A stretch of 64,000 nt of DNA from an uncultured Haloferula sp. (lineage in GTDB: Bacteria > Verrucomicrobiota > Verrucomicrobiia > Verrucomicrobiales > Akkermansiaceae). Position 1 is the stretch's first letter; the number at the start of each line of letters is the position of its first letter. The translations under genes were made by a program, and so were the position numbers. Below the pieces are notes generated by a model. The model had not been told where the DNA came from. It worked only from the letters and a program-made list of their open reading frames with translations, and made no database searches. This document shows positions 20,265 to 29,926 of the stretch, in pieces. Location: the NCBI GenBank assembly GCA_965652295.1, contig CBFGTS010000005.1:128001-192000 (forward strand), written 5' to 3'.

Positions 20265-21107
20265 TCAACGCGCATCGCCGGGTTCCACAAAGCGGGCGAT
20301 CTCGGCCGGCAGATCCTTGACCCGGTATTGATGGACGCGCCGCTCCACCATGGGGCTCGCGCTCGGGTGGGTGCCGGCGGGAGGCCGCAGACTTTCCCGG
20401 ATGGAGAGCGTCTGGTCGGGAAGGCGCGTGACTTCGAGGATCCGCTCGAAGCGGCCGAAGCCGCCGAATTCCCAATCGAGGGTTTCACCGGAGAATCTCA
20501 TCAAAAGATCCGCTGTCTGTGGACCAAGGAGAGTGTGGAGATCCTGCGAAATCCTCTCCCTCGCCTCGGAGGAAGAGGGCGCGATGGTGACCGCCGCGCC
20601 CTGCTCGGTGGCTTCGATCCGGACCGGATTCAGCCAACTGGACTGCATCGACTCCTCGTGTGCTTGCGCGAAAACATCCCGCACGGCCTCGGCCGTGCCG
20701 TCATCGATTCCTAGAAGATCGCAGACCTCGCGGGCGAGTTCGAACCGGTCTCCGGCTTGCTGCCACGGATTCCCCCGGCGGAGCCCGAAGGCGGAGACAG
20801 GAACACGCGCCAAGCTCTCCGCCGGGACCCGCAGGGTGGACGGCACCTCTGCCGCCTGAGTTTCCAGCGCCGGCGCATCGCGCATCCGGCGCGGGACGGT
20901 GTTGCGGGTGGGCGCCGTCTGCGAGCCGGTGAATCCTCGATCGGAGACACCCCTTTCGTGAACGGAAACGCCCGGCTCTGAGACCGACTGGATCGTCTCC
21001 GACTCAGTCGGCCCGAAGAGCCGGGCACCGGCGACAAGACCCAATGCCATGCCGAGCACCAGCATCGCCAGCATCCGGACTGCGTTGGATCTCATCGCGG
21101 TTTTCAT
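20265..21107 (-). CDS. Hypothetical protein with N-terminal membrane anchor
   Basis: MLAMLVLGMALGLVAGARLF hydrophobic segment; co-oriented between the two lyase genes. Confidence 0.7.
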   Translation of the reverse strand: MKTAMRSNAVRMLAMLVLGMALGLVAGARLFGPTESETIQSVSEPGVSVHERGVSDRGFTGSQTAPTRNTVPRRMRDAPALETQAAEVPSTLRVPAESLARVPVSAFGLRRGNPWQQAGDRFELAREVCDLLGIDDGTAEAVRDVFAQAHEESMQSSWLNPVRIEATEQGAAVTIAPSSSEARERISQDLHTLLGPQTADLLMRFSGETLDWEFGGFGRFERILEVTRLPDQTLSIRESLRPPAGTHPSASPMVERRVHQYRVKDLPAEIARFVEPGDAR

Positions 21108-21147
21108 GGTTTCTATCAATGGTTGCCAGTGGCCCGGGCAATGCGAC

Positions 21148-24100
21148 TCACGGCGCTACCGTGATTTGATCCACATTGCCCCAGTCGTTGCCATTGCTCG
21201 CGATGCGGATGGTGTTGCTGCTGCCGCTGTTGAGCGTGATGCCGACGTTGAGGGTGTTCCACGAGGACCACGAGCCGGTCGGCGTCGCCGTGATGCTCTG
21301 CGACACGCCGTTCACGGTCAGCTGACCCGCGCGGCTTTGGGTCGCCCCCAGCGCATAGCGGATATTGAGGATCACCATCCCCCCGGAGGAACCGCCATCG
21401 ATACCGCTGAACTCGACGTAGCCGCCGCTGGCGGGCATATTGATGAAGCCGGAGCCGTTGAAGCCAGCCTGGTTGCTTTCGACGATGGCGCCGGCACCGT
21501 AACTGGCACTCTCCGCTTGGATGGTCTGCGGATTGATGGCGGTGTAGGTGACATTCAGGGTATTCGAAGCGAGATTCCCGTTGGCCGCGGCGTCCTGCGC
21601 GCTAGCGCCGGGCAAGGTCACCGAGACGGTGCCGTCCGTAGCCGGGCTGACGTTGAGCGTGTAGTCGGCTCCCGATCCACTGAGGGTTTCAGCGGATCCG
21701 TTCACCACGACGAAGTCCGCCAGATCGAGACCCGACACGGACTCGCTGAAGCCGACGGTGACGTCAAACGGTCCGGTCACGCTGCCGCTTGAGGTGGTCA
21801 GGTTGACCGTCGGTGAAATGGCGTCCGGCACGTTGCTGTTGAAAGCCAGGGTCACGTAGGCGTTGCGCTGGATCAGGTTGCCATACTCGTTGGTGCTGGT
21901 TCCGGCCTCGGGCAGGTCCCCGTAGGTGTGGAGATGACCACTGGAGCCGATGAGAACCGGCGCGAGCAGCGTCTGGTCGGCGTCGCCCGACACGAAGGAC
22001 GGCGGTGGGTTCGAGGCGTCCCAGCCGTTGTTGGTCACCGCGCCGAGGACGTAGCCGCCATCGGTCGTGGTGGTGGTGGCCAGCGAGATCGTGCCGCCGG
22101 TGGAGGTATTCGCGACTGCGTCAACGTCCGCCACACCGCTTACATTCGCGAGCGAAATGGCACTGTAGGCGAAGGAGGCGGAGCTTCCGGTGGTGGTAAT
22201 CACAACCGCACCGCTCGTCGTGCCCGGGTCGATCAGATGAAACACACCCGCCCACTGAACCCCCTGGCTCGTGGAGACGCCCAAGGTCATCGGCTGCCCC
22301 GCAAACGTCGCGCTGATGGTGTCGCCGCTGCCCGATCTCTCTGCCGTGACAAGCACCGCCACCGCATTGCCGCCGGCCATGTCGAAGCTCGGCGATGTCG
22401 CGAGCGTCGGACCCGCTTGGTTGGGAAACGTGGCTCCAAGAAGGCTGGCCTTCACCGAGACTTCAGCTGTGGGTGTCGCACTCGCTTCCACCGAGCTGGC
22501 CGATTCGTTGGACGAGGTGTCGCTGGCGGTTACGACGTAATAGTAGGTTGTGCCGTTGGTGGCGCTGTTGTCGGCATAGACACTGGAGGTCAGACCGGAC
22601 GCGATGACACTGTAACCGCTGCCGCTCGTGGTCGAGCGATAGACCGTGTAGCTCGCCAGGTCGGGCTCGGTAATGTCATTCCAATCCAAGCCGATGCTGC
22701 CGTTTCCGGCTGTGGCGGAAAGACCGCCCGGAGCTCCCGGAGCCGTGGTGTCGGCCGACTGACTTTCCACCGGCCCGTTGCCGCTCGGCGCGGCCAAGCT
22801 GTCCAACTGGACCACGAACTTGTCCAAACGCGCGCCGTTCTCCCGGTACGAGACTTCCAGTAAATGATCGCCGGCGCTGAGGCTGTCGAGCTGGAACGTG
22901 TCCGTGGAGAACCACCCCCCATAACGGTTGTTCTCCAGACTCCAGCTACCGCCGTCGATGCGCCAGAAGAACGAATCGTCGACAGCGTTGTTCGACAACA
23001 TCCGGAACCAGAACCGGTGGTTGCCGGCGCTGGAGATCCTGAGCCCGTAGCTCGTGAGATATTCGCCGGTCGTGCCCTCGGGAGCGCTGCCACCCCAATC
23101 GTACGCCGGATCCACCTCAAGGTAAGCGCCGTTGGAGGCACCGCTGTCCGTGCCGGCAAGCCAGCGGCTGCCGAGCAGGCCGTTCTCCGCTTCCATCGAA
23201 ACCACTCCGCCGCTCTCCTGGAACTTCGGAATCGTCGGCGTGGCCGCGGAGATTTGGCTGGAGGCCGACTCTCCGGCCGCGTTGATCGCCGTGACCACAT
23301 AGTGATACGTCGTGCTGTCCGCTAGGCTCTCGTCGCTGAAGGTCGTGCCCGTCTGGTTGTCCAGAATCACATACGGTCCGCCGCTCGTTTTGGCGCGCTT
23401 GACGTTGTAACTGTCCGCCCCGGCAACTGCGTTCCAGGACAGGTCGATCCGCGACGCTCCGGCGGAGGAGGCCGTCAGCCCCCCGGGTGCCGAAGGAACC
23501 GCCATCGTCGGTGCGGCGGTGCTGTTCTTCACGATCAGTTCGTCGATGTACACAAAGTTGTCCGAACCGTCGGATTCGATGCGGATCGTGTTGTTGGTTC
23601 CGCTGTTGAGCGTCAGGGTCACGAAGCGTTCGAACCAGTTGTCCCAGTCGCCCGTGCTGTCGGCGGTGATGCTTTGCGGGGTGCCGTTCACGGTGAGCAC
23701 GCCCGTGCGGGTCGCGCTGCCCAAGGCATAGCGGAGCCCCAATGTCACCGGGCCACCCGCGCCGCCGTCGATGCCCGTGAACTCGATCCAACCGTTGGTC
23801 ATCGGCACGACGTAGCCCGTTCCATGATGGCCGGTGGTCCAGTCATCGAACACCGCGCCGTCGCCATACGTCGCGTCTTCGGCTTGATAAGAGTCGCCGT
23901 CCGCGGCAATCGCGATGACGGATACCGCGTCGCTATCAGCGGTCTCGCCGCCGGGAGTGTTGGCGGAAACGACGTAGTGGTAGGTCGTGCCTGCCGTCAG
24001 ACCCGCATCGACATGGAACAGGTTCCGGGTGCCCACCGTGGCGATGGTGGTGAACGGCCCGCCGCCCGAGGTGCCCCGCTTGACATTGTAGCTCGTTGCT

Positions 24101-25497
24101 TTCGCCGAACCCCACCAGGAAAGCGTGACCTGCCAATCGTCCTGCGTCGTCCGCAGACCGCTGGGAGCGGAGCCCGAGGCGATCGGATCGCGGGCGTGCG
24201 TCAGTGTGGTGAAGCCCAGGCCGTCGAAGCCGCCGCTGTTCGGGCCATGGTTGAAACCTCCGCCTTCGGGACGGTTTGCCGCCGCGTAGTCCGCGGTGTA
24301 GGGTGCATCCATACCCATGCGGTTGACGTAGTGATGGTACACCAAATCCCAACCCGGACGCATAGTTCCCCGGCCCGTGGAAGAGATATTCCAATGAACT
24401 TCCCGCTGTTCGCTTCCCGGATGTCCGTGCGTCCGCACGAAGGGGGCAAAGGGAACCTCCTTCCACAGGTTGTATTTGGAGATGTATTCGACGCTCGCCA
24501 GAAACCGGTTGTTCTGGGCTCCATACAAGTCGAGTCCCTGGTTCCAGGCAATTTCGCAGATTACTCCCATCAACTGCGGCCCCATCGCCGAGTGCCCTTG
24601 ATCTCGACCGCTTTCCTGCCATTGCCCCAAGCCGTTGGGATGGACGTAGGGCACCGCGTTCATGATATTGGCGGTACCAGCGTCGTTGTGGAAGTAATCC
24701 ACGCCCGAGTCGAAAATCGTCTCGTCGTCGCAGAGCACGCCGATGGCCATGAACGACGCCACGTTCGCCAAGGTCCAGTTCGCCCAGTAGTGCCCGTCCA
24801 CGGTGCCATGGTGCCTGGTGAGGAAATCCTCGTTCCTGGGATAAAACACTCCGAGCATATAGCTTTTGAACGCGGTGAGATCCGCCGGTGTCCAGCCGCT
24901 GTAGTCGCGCATCAACTCGGCGGCGCAGGCGAACTGGTAGCCATAGAGGCCCGCCCGCAGGCTGACGTTCGTGTCGCCGGTCCATCCCGTGTGCGTGGCA
25001 GCCCAGGCGTTCATGATTTGGACCGATTTGTCGGCGGCCCAGGTACTGCCATCGCCGTGAAAGCGCAGGGCCAGCTGATAGGCCCGGGCGGCGTCGCGGG
25101 CCAGCCGGATGTAATTCTCCGGGAGCCCCCCGCCGGCGGTGATCGTCGCCACCGCTTCCGGGTTGTGGTTCGTCCAGCCGTTCGTATTGCTCACCAGCTT
25201 GTCCCAGCTGCCCGTCCATGGCTGGGCGCCCGTGGTCACCTTCGCCGCCATGCGGTCAAGGTCCGACTGGGTCGAGAGCGCGCCCGGGTGGACGAATTGG
25301 GCGTGAGCGGTGGCGACCACGGAAAGTGCGGCAACCGTGCGGCAGAAGCGCCCCGCCCATCCTCTTCTGCGCGGCGCCCCCCCCGGGTTTGCAGATGAGC
25401 TTTGGGTCAAACAAGTGGCGGGATGGAGAACGGGCGTCCTTCCGGGTCGGCGAAATGCCAGGCCGGAGGCCGCTCCCCGATCAAGGAGTGGTTTCAT
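21148..25497 (-). CDS. Multidomain secreted alginate-lyase-family protein with FN3, CBM35/CBM6-like (x2) and Ig-like domains
   Basis: QFVHPGALSTQSDLDRMAAKV...WANW...WQESGRDQGH; YQAEDA/IQAESA...G(T/S)G(Y/F)...RYALG CBM motifs; VTGPFDVTVGFSESV Ig-like domain. Confidence 0.87.
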   Translation of the reverse strand: MKPLLDRGAASGLAFRRPGRTPVLHPATCLTQSSSANPGGAPRRRGWAGRFCRTVAALSVVATAHAQFVHPGALSTQSDLDRMAAKVTTGAQPWTGSWDKLVSNTNGWTNHNPEAVATITAGGGLPENYIRLARDAARAYQLALRFHGDGSTWAADKSVQIMNAWAATHTGWTGDTNVSLRAGLYGYQFACAAELMRDYSGWTPADLTAFKSYMLGVFYPRNEDFLTRHHGTVDGHYWANWTLANVASFMAIGVLCDDETIFDSGVDYFHNDAGTANIMNAVPYVHPNGLGQWQESGRDQGHSAMGPQLMGVICEIAWNQGLDLYGAQNNRFLASVEYISKYNLWKEVPFAPFVRTHGHPGSEQREVHWNISSTGRGTMRPGWDLVYHHYVNRMGMDAPYTADYAAANRPEGGGFNHGPNSGGFDGLGFTTLTHARDPIASGSAPSGLRTTQDDWQVTLSWWGSAKATSYNVKRGTSGGGPFTTIATVGTRNLFHVDAGLTAGTTYHYVVSANTPGGETADSDAVSVIAIAADGDSYQAEDATYGDGAVFDDWTTGHHGTGYVVPMTNGWIEFTGIDGGAGGPVTLGLRYALGSATRTGVLTVNGTPQSITADSTGDWDNWFERFVTLTLNSGTNNTIRIESDGSDNFVYIDELIVKNSTAAPTMAVPSAPGGLTASSAGASRIDLSWNAVAGADSYNVKRAKTSGGPYVILDNQTGTTFSDESLADSTTYHYVVTAINAAGESASSQISAATPTIPKFQESGGVVSMEAENGLLGSRWLAGTDSGASNGAYLEVDPAYDWGGSAPEGTTGEYLTSYGLRISSAGNHRFWFRMLSNNAVDDSFFWRIDGGSWSLENNRYGGWFSTDTFQLDSLSAGDHLLEVSYRENGARLDKFVVQLDSLAAPSGNGPVESQSADTTAPGAPGGLSATAGNGSIGLDWNDITEPDLASYTVYRSTTSGSGYSVIASGLTSSVYADNSATNGTTYYYVVTASDTSSNESASSVEASATPTAEVSVKASLLGATFPNQAGPTLATSPSFDMAGGNAVAVLVTAERSGSGDTISATFAGQPMTLGVSTSQGVQWAGVFHLIDPGTTSGAVVITTTGSSASFAYSAISLANVSGVADVDAVANTSTGGTISLATTTTTDGGYVLGAVTNNGWDASNPPPSFVSGDADQTLLAPVLIGSSGHLHTYGDLPEAGTSTNEYGNLIQRNAYVTLAFNSNVPDAISPTVNLTTSSGSVTGPFDVTVGFSESVSGLDLADFVVVNGSAETLSGSGADYTLNVSPATDGTVSVTLPGASAQDAAANGNLASNTLNVTYTAINPQTIQAESASYGAGAIVESNQAGFNGSGFINMPASGGYVEFSGIDGGSSGGMVILNIRYALGATQSRAGQLTVNGVSQSITATPTGSWSSWNTLNVGITLNSGSSNTIRIASNGNDWGNVDQITVAP

Positions 25498-25786
25498 GGT
25501 GTGGTCTTTTTTGTGTGGGTTTGCAGCGCCCCGGTTCGTCTCCGGAGAACGTCGAAGCGATCTGCCGAGTGCTTTCCGAGCCCTTCAGCATATAGCGAAG
25601 CCTTCCCAGAGCACCCAACCCGCCCGACAGTTTCCCTGTAAAATCTTCCGCCGACCGATCAGGCGGCTATCTCGCGGCCGACTCGACGTTCCGCCAGCGC
25701 GGGGGCGATGAGCCTTCAGGAGTCGCTTCGGCGCGCCCCACCACCGTGGTGGAGATGGCGCGACCGCTTTGCCGGTTAAAAAAGTA

Positions 25787-25812
25787 TGTCGGGATCGTCA
25801 GGAGAATCCCGC
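25787..25812 (+). promoter_or_regulatory. Putative ECF promoter TGTCGG-N17-CGC
   Basis: tgtcgg gatcgtcaggagaatcc cgc, about 80 nt upstream of the ATG at 25895. Confidence 0.6.
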
Positions 25813-25894
25813 CCTTTATCAAATAGGGAGGAAATCGCCCTCGTGGGCGGATTCCCCGGTTCAACAACACAAAAAACCTAACCTCGCACTCCCC

Positions 25895-26626
25895 ATGCAA
25901 TACCCCAGCACCTTGAGGAGCATCTGCTTCTTCACCGCAACCTTGGCCGGTGCGCCACTGGCCTTCGGTGCCATCACCTATGTCGACGCCACGCACGGCG
26001 TGAGCGCCAACACCACCGGCTCCACCACGAGCATCGGCGATCCCTTCGTGCCCCTCGCGGTGCAGGGCCCGGCGAATGACAATCAATGGGACGTCCGCGC
26101 CTTCGGCAATGGAACGACCATTTACCAGAATGCCTCCACCCCGGCGAACGTTGACAACGCCCACCGGTTGCGCACATCGGCCACCGTGCCAGCGGGCACT
26201 TACGACGTTTACGCCTTCTTCTGGAGCGACGCGAGCAGTGGCTGGCGCCTTGGCGCGTCCCTCACCGACGACCAGCCCGATCTCACGCTCTACCAGCCCG
26301 GCGATACGGATGTGACCCAGTATTACACGGTCGATACCACCACCAATCTCCCATCGCCGTTCCTGAGTTCGTCTCTTGCCGAAAATCCATTCGATTCGGC
26401 AGTCATGATCGCGGAAGGGAACCGCCGCCTGTACGGGGTGTACCTCGGAACAACCACCGGTACGAGCATCGACGTGTTCATCGATGACGATCCGGCCATG
26501 GCCGATTTCAACCAGCGCACTTGGTATGACGGCATCGGATATGCCGTGGTGCCCGAGCCCTCCTCGCTCGCCTTGGGAGGGCTGGGAATGTTCGGCCTGC
26601 TGATTCGCCGGCACCGCCGGTCCTGA
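25895..26626 (+). CDS. PEP-CTERM sorting-domain protein
   Basis: Signal peptide; ends VPEPSSLALGGLGMFGLLIRRHRRS. Confidence 0.92.
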   Translation: MQYPSTLRSICFFTATLAGAPLAFGAITYVDATHGVSANTTGSTTSIGDPFVPLAVQGPANDNQWDVRAFGNGTTIYQNASTPANVDNAHRLRTSATVPAGTYDVYAFFWSDASSGWRLGASLTDDQPDLTLYQPGDTDVTQYYTVDTTTNLPSPFLSSSLAENPFDSAVMIAEGNRRLYGVYLGTTTGTSIDVFIDDDPAMADFNQRTWYDGIGYAVVPEPSSLALGGLGMFGLLIRRHRRS

Positions 26627-26832
26627 CGCGCCGACGGGATTTTTCCCAGTCTCGTCTTCAGTTGGCGGCATCCGGAATGGGTGTCGCCAAATTCGTTTGG
26701 GAATGGCTCGGAATCCCGGAAAGGAGTAGGTATAGAATTCCCGGCCGACTTCGGTGATTCCATCGACCAGCCATGGCTCCGCCATGGAACTCGGGGGAGC
26801 GCAGGGTCAGGCCCCTTTCGAAAAACGCCCTC

Positions 26833-29800
26833 TTACTCAGCCAGGGAGATTCGATAAAACGCCTTCCCGGCAGGCGCGCCGTGGTCGGTGAAAACCCCCG
26901 AGTTTTCGCCGGAGGCGATCTCCGAAAATCCATCGAGGCCCGGCGAGGAGCGTTCGATGACGACGTCGGCACCACCGGCGTCGTAGACAATGGTGAATCC
27001 GCCTGGGCCGCCGCTGATACTGAGGATCTCGACGCCTTCGGTGGCGGTGGCGGTCGCGATCACCACGTCATCCACCCAGAACTCCGAGCCCGTGTTGCGG
27101 ATTTCCAGATAGTTCGGACCGAACGTCGGCATGTCTTCCACCACGAACCCGTTGAGCAGCTCGGTGCGGCCGGTGGCGGCACCCAACGTGTTGCCGGAGG
27201 CATCCGAAACTTCCAGACTGAACATGGGCGCGCCACCGGCGGTCCATCCGCTTCCCGACACCCGAAGTCGATAGGCGATCTTCACGTCGCCGACATCGTC
27301 GAGGCTGCCATTGTCGTCGTTGTCCTCGGAGACCAGCAGGGGCGAGGTGGTCATGTCGATGAGATCCACCCATGCTCCGCCGCCGCCGGGGATTCCGTCA
27401 AACACCTGCCACTTGCTCGCTTCGTAGCGGATGTTGAGTTCCGCGTAGTTCTCACCCACGAGTTCCTCGCGGACCTTGAAGTTGAAGACTCGACCATTGG
27501 TTCCTCCAATGGCGAAGACGGCTTCCGCGGTCCACGCCGGAGAGACGGTCCAGAAGGGAGGATCAACATAGGATGTGCCCAAGATCGAGCCGCCATTGAC
27601 ATGCGCGCAGGTAGCCGACCCGGCCAGCAGACCGGGCACATCTTGAATGCTGGCACCCTCATTCCAGAATAGGAATGTGTCGGAATCGGTGACGGCGTCG
27701 GTTCCGAGAGCCTCGAAGTTGAAGTTGGGGTTGTAGGCCGCGCTGGAGGTCAAACCGGCGGTCAGGGTCAACGCAGGCATCGATGAATCATCCGAACTTC
27801 CGACAGTGAAGGACGCCCGAGCGGCGGTGTGGGGGGCGGACAGGCTGGAATCCCACTCGAGATCGAACGCCGTCGAGGCACCGGGAGCAATGGAGGCGGG
27901 AAGACTCTGCGCGACCGAGAATGATCCATCGGTGAAATCGAACGAATCGATCGAGAGATTGGAGTCGTCACCATCGTTCCGGACCGTCAGAGGGACCGAG
28001 GCAACGGGGGAGACATCTCCATCCGCGAGGATCACGCCCGGGACCCCGACCACCATCAGGGCTCCATCCGGTTGCTCACCGTAGTAGACCGCAGAGGAGT
28101 CGATCCAGAAGGGTGACACGAACCCGCCATTGGTGTTCGAGTCGCTATCATCGGCGCTCGTGAACGAATGGGCCGCGACGGTGGCGGTCTCGCCGCTCAC
28201 GCCGTGCCATGAGGTCACGGGCCCTGAGTTCATGGTTCCAGTGAGGCCGGCAGGCCCCATGGTGCTGACCGTGATATCATAACTTGCTCCGGGTGATCCG
28301 AAGCCGATCCCCCGGATGGCCACCCGATAGGCTTCCACCGAATCCCCGGCGGCAGGATCGAGGATGCCGTCGAGATCGGTGTCGGTGGAACCCGCGAGCG
28401 TTTTGGCCACCGCGAGCTGCCATTCCCCACTCGTTCCATCGAACACGTAGAAACCCGGGATGCCGCCAGCCTCCACTCCATCCGGCATGTAGGCGAGGTT
28501 GACGAGGATGTTCCCGACGTCGAGATCGGTGATCAAGGTCCCGGTTCCAACCGTGGAATCGGTGGAGTAAAGCAGGTATTGCATCCCCCGGTCGGCGAAA
28601 TCACCACTGGCACCCGCGCCGACGTAGGGAGTGAAATCGCTGACCGGCGTGAACACGAAGACCGACTCGAAATCAGGCGCGCCGTCGGGCAAGGTGCCGA
28701 CCTGGGCGGCCCTTCCGATGGTGGTGCTGCCCGGATCCCCCTGGCCGAAGATGCGGACGGCGTTGCCGGATCCCGGCGTAAGTCCGGGCGTGACACGCGC
28801 GTGTCCGCCCAACCAATCGGTCGCCGTCCCGCCCCCGGTGAGGAAGGCCGGATTGCGGTTCATCAAGTCATTGCGGGCGAGAATCACTGCCGTGGCGGCG
28901 AGTGCCTGATCCTGGGTGTCCTGGTCGGTATCGATCGTGACTGTGCCGGAAAGCGCATCCGGCCCGGTCAAAGCCGATTGTGCTTTTACCGAGACCTCGA
29001 TGGAATCGTTGACCGCGAGCGTGAATGGAGTTGTCTGCCCTCCTGTTCCGTTTTTGGCCACATCGGTGATGGTGAAACCTGCGGGTGCCGTGACGCTGTT
29101 GACCTGAACATCCTGGGTGGGACCGATGTTGATGAACCGGACGGTTCGCACCGCCGTCTCCGCGGGTGCTCCGGCGGTCAGGAACGTCGAGCCGAAATCC
29201 AAGTCGGGATCGGCGGCGGCCGTGTCCCGGACCAGAGTCGGATCCACCGGAGCGAGTCCGATTTCCTGGGGATCAAGGGTCGTCGTTACGACTTCGATCC
29301 CTTCGGTTCCGGCAATCCCGCCGATACCCAGATCGTCGAGAGTGAAGATGATTCCACCGATGGTGCGATCCAACGAAGCGCCGGGAGTCCCATCGGTCGT
29401 GCGGTTGTAGGTATCCACGCCGAGCACGGGCAAGGCTCCGAACGTGTTGAAGTTGAGAACGGATGAGACTCCTCCCAGGCGGTTGCCGGCGGAATCGATC
29501 GGAAACACCGTCGCCGAATCGCCGAACGTCGCATCGTTTTCGTTCAAGATGAGATAGATGCGCATGGCACCGAAGAGCGTCTGCCCGAACTGCACCTCGA
29601 AGGAATGATTCAGTGAGCCGCTCCCGAGGTCGAAGCTGCCGATCGCCTCTGCCAGGGAGCCCGGCGCGGAAGCGCCGAGGTGGATGTAGTCGGTCGAGCC
29701 CTTGTTATCCACGAAGGAGGTCGGCGCGATGAGCGAAGTGAAAGTTTCGGTGCCAACGTGGATGCCCGTCAGGGTTGAACCGGAGAGGTCGACGGAATCG

Positions 29801-29871
29801 ATCGGGGTTTGTGCGCTGGCAGTCGACGCCAACGCGGCCATCAGCACGGCGGTCGGAAGGGAGGTTTTCAT
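26833..29871 (-). CDS. Large secreted protein with two Ig-like (choice-of-anchor D/ASH-like) segments and C-terminal KAFYR domain
   Basis: Signal peptide MKTSLPTAVLMAALASTASA; TVRFINIG/LTVRNDG segments; two DxDxxGxLD loops; ends APAGKAFYRISLAE. Confidence 0.82.
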   Translation of the reverse strand: MKTSLPTAVLMAALASTASAQTPIDSVDLSGSTLTGIHVGTETFTSLIAPTSFVDNKGSTDYIHLGASAPGSLAEAIGSFDLGSGSLNHSFEVQFGQTLFGAMRIYLILNENDATFGDSATVFPIDSAGNRLGGVSSVLNFNTFGALPVLGVDTYNRTTDGTPGASLDRTIGGIIFTLDDLGIGGIAGTEGIEVVTTTLDPQEIGLAPVDPTLVRDTAAADPDLDFGSTFLTAGAPAETAVRTVRFINIGPTQDVQVNSVTAPAGFTITDVAKNGTGGQTTPFTLAVNDSIEVSVKAQSALTGPDALSGTVTIDTDQDTQDQALAATAVILARNDLMNRNPAFLTGGGTATDWLGGHARVTPGLTPGSGNAVRIFGQGDPGSTTIGRAAQVGTLPDGAPDFESVFVFTPVSDFTPYVGAGASGDFADRGMQYLLYSTDSTVGTGTLITDLDVGNILVNLAYMPDGVEAGGIPGFYVFDGTSGEWQLAVAKTLAGSTDTDLDGILDPAAGDSVEAYRVAIRGIGFGSPGASYDITVSTMGPAGLTGTMNSGPVTSWHGVSGETATVAAHSFTSADDSDSNTNGGFVSPFWIDSSAVYYGEQPDGALMVVGVPGVILADGDVSPVASVPLTVRNDGDDSNLSIDSFDFTDGSFSVAQSLPASIAPGASTAFDLEWDSSLSAPHTAARASFTVGSSDDSSMPALTLTAGLTSSAAYNPNFNFEALGTDAVTDSDTFLFWNEGASIQDVPGLLAGSATCAHVNGGSILGTSYVDPPFWTVSPAWTAEAVFAIGGTNGRVFNFKVREELVGENYAELNIRYEASKWQVFDGIPGGGGAWVDLIDMTTSPLLVSEDNDDNGSLDDVGDVKIAYRLRVSGSGWTAGGAPMFSLEVSDASGNTLGAATGRTELLNGFVVEDMPTFGPNYLEIRNTGSEFWVDDVVIATATATEGVEILSISGGPGGFTIVYDAGGADVVIERSSPGLDGFSEIASGENSGVFTDHGAPAGKAFYRISLAE

Positions 29872-29926
29872 GGGTTGGGAAACGGGATGGAAGCCTCCCG
29901 CGGGCTTGGGTTTGGGCAGGACGACT

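Noticed and set aside
26640..26790. Coding-like intergenic stretch on the minus strand (WLVDGITEVGREFYTYSFPG)
   Set aside because: No family recognisable, so a pseudogene call cannot be supported without a search.
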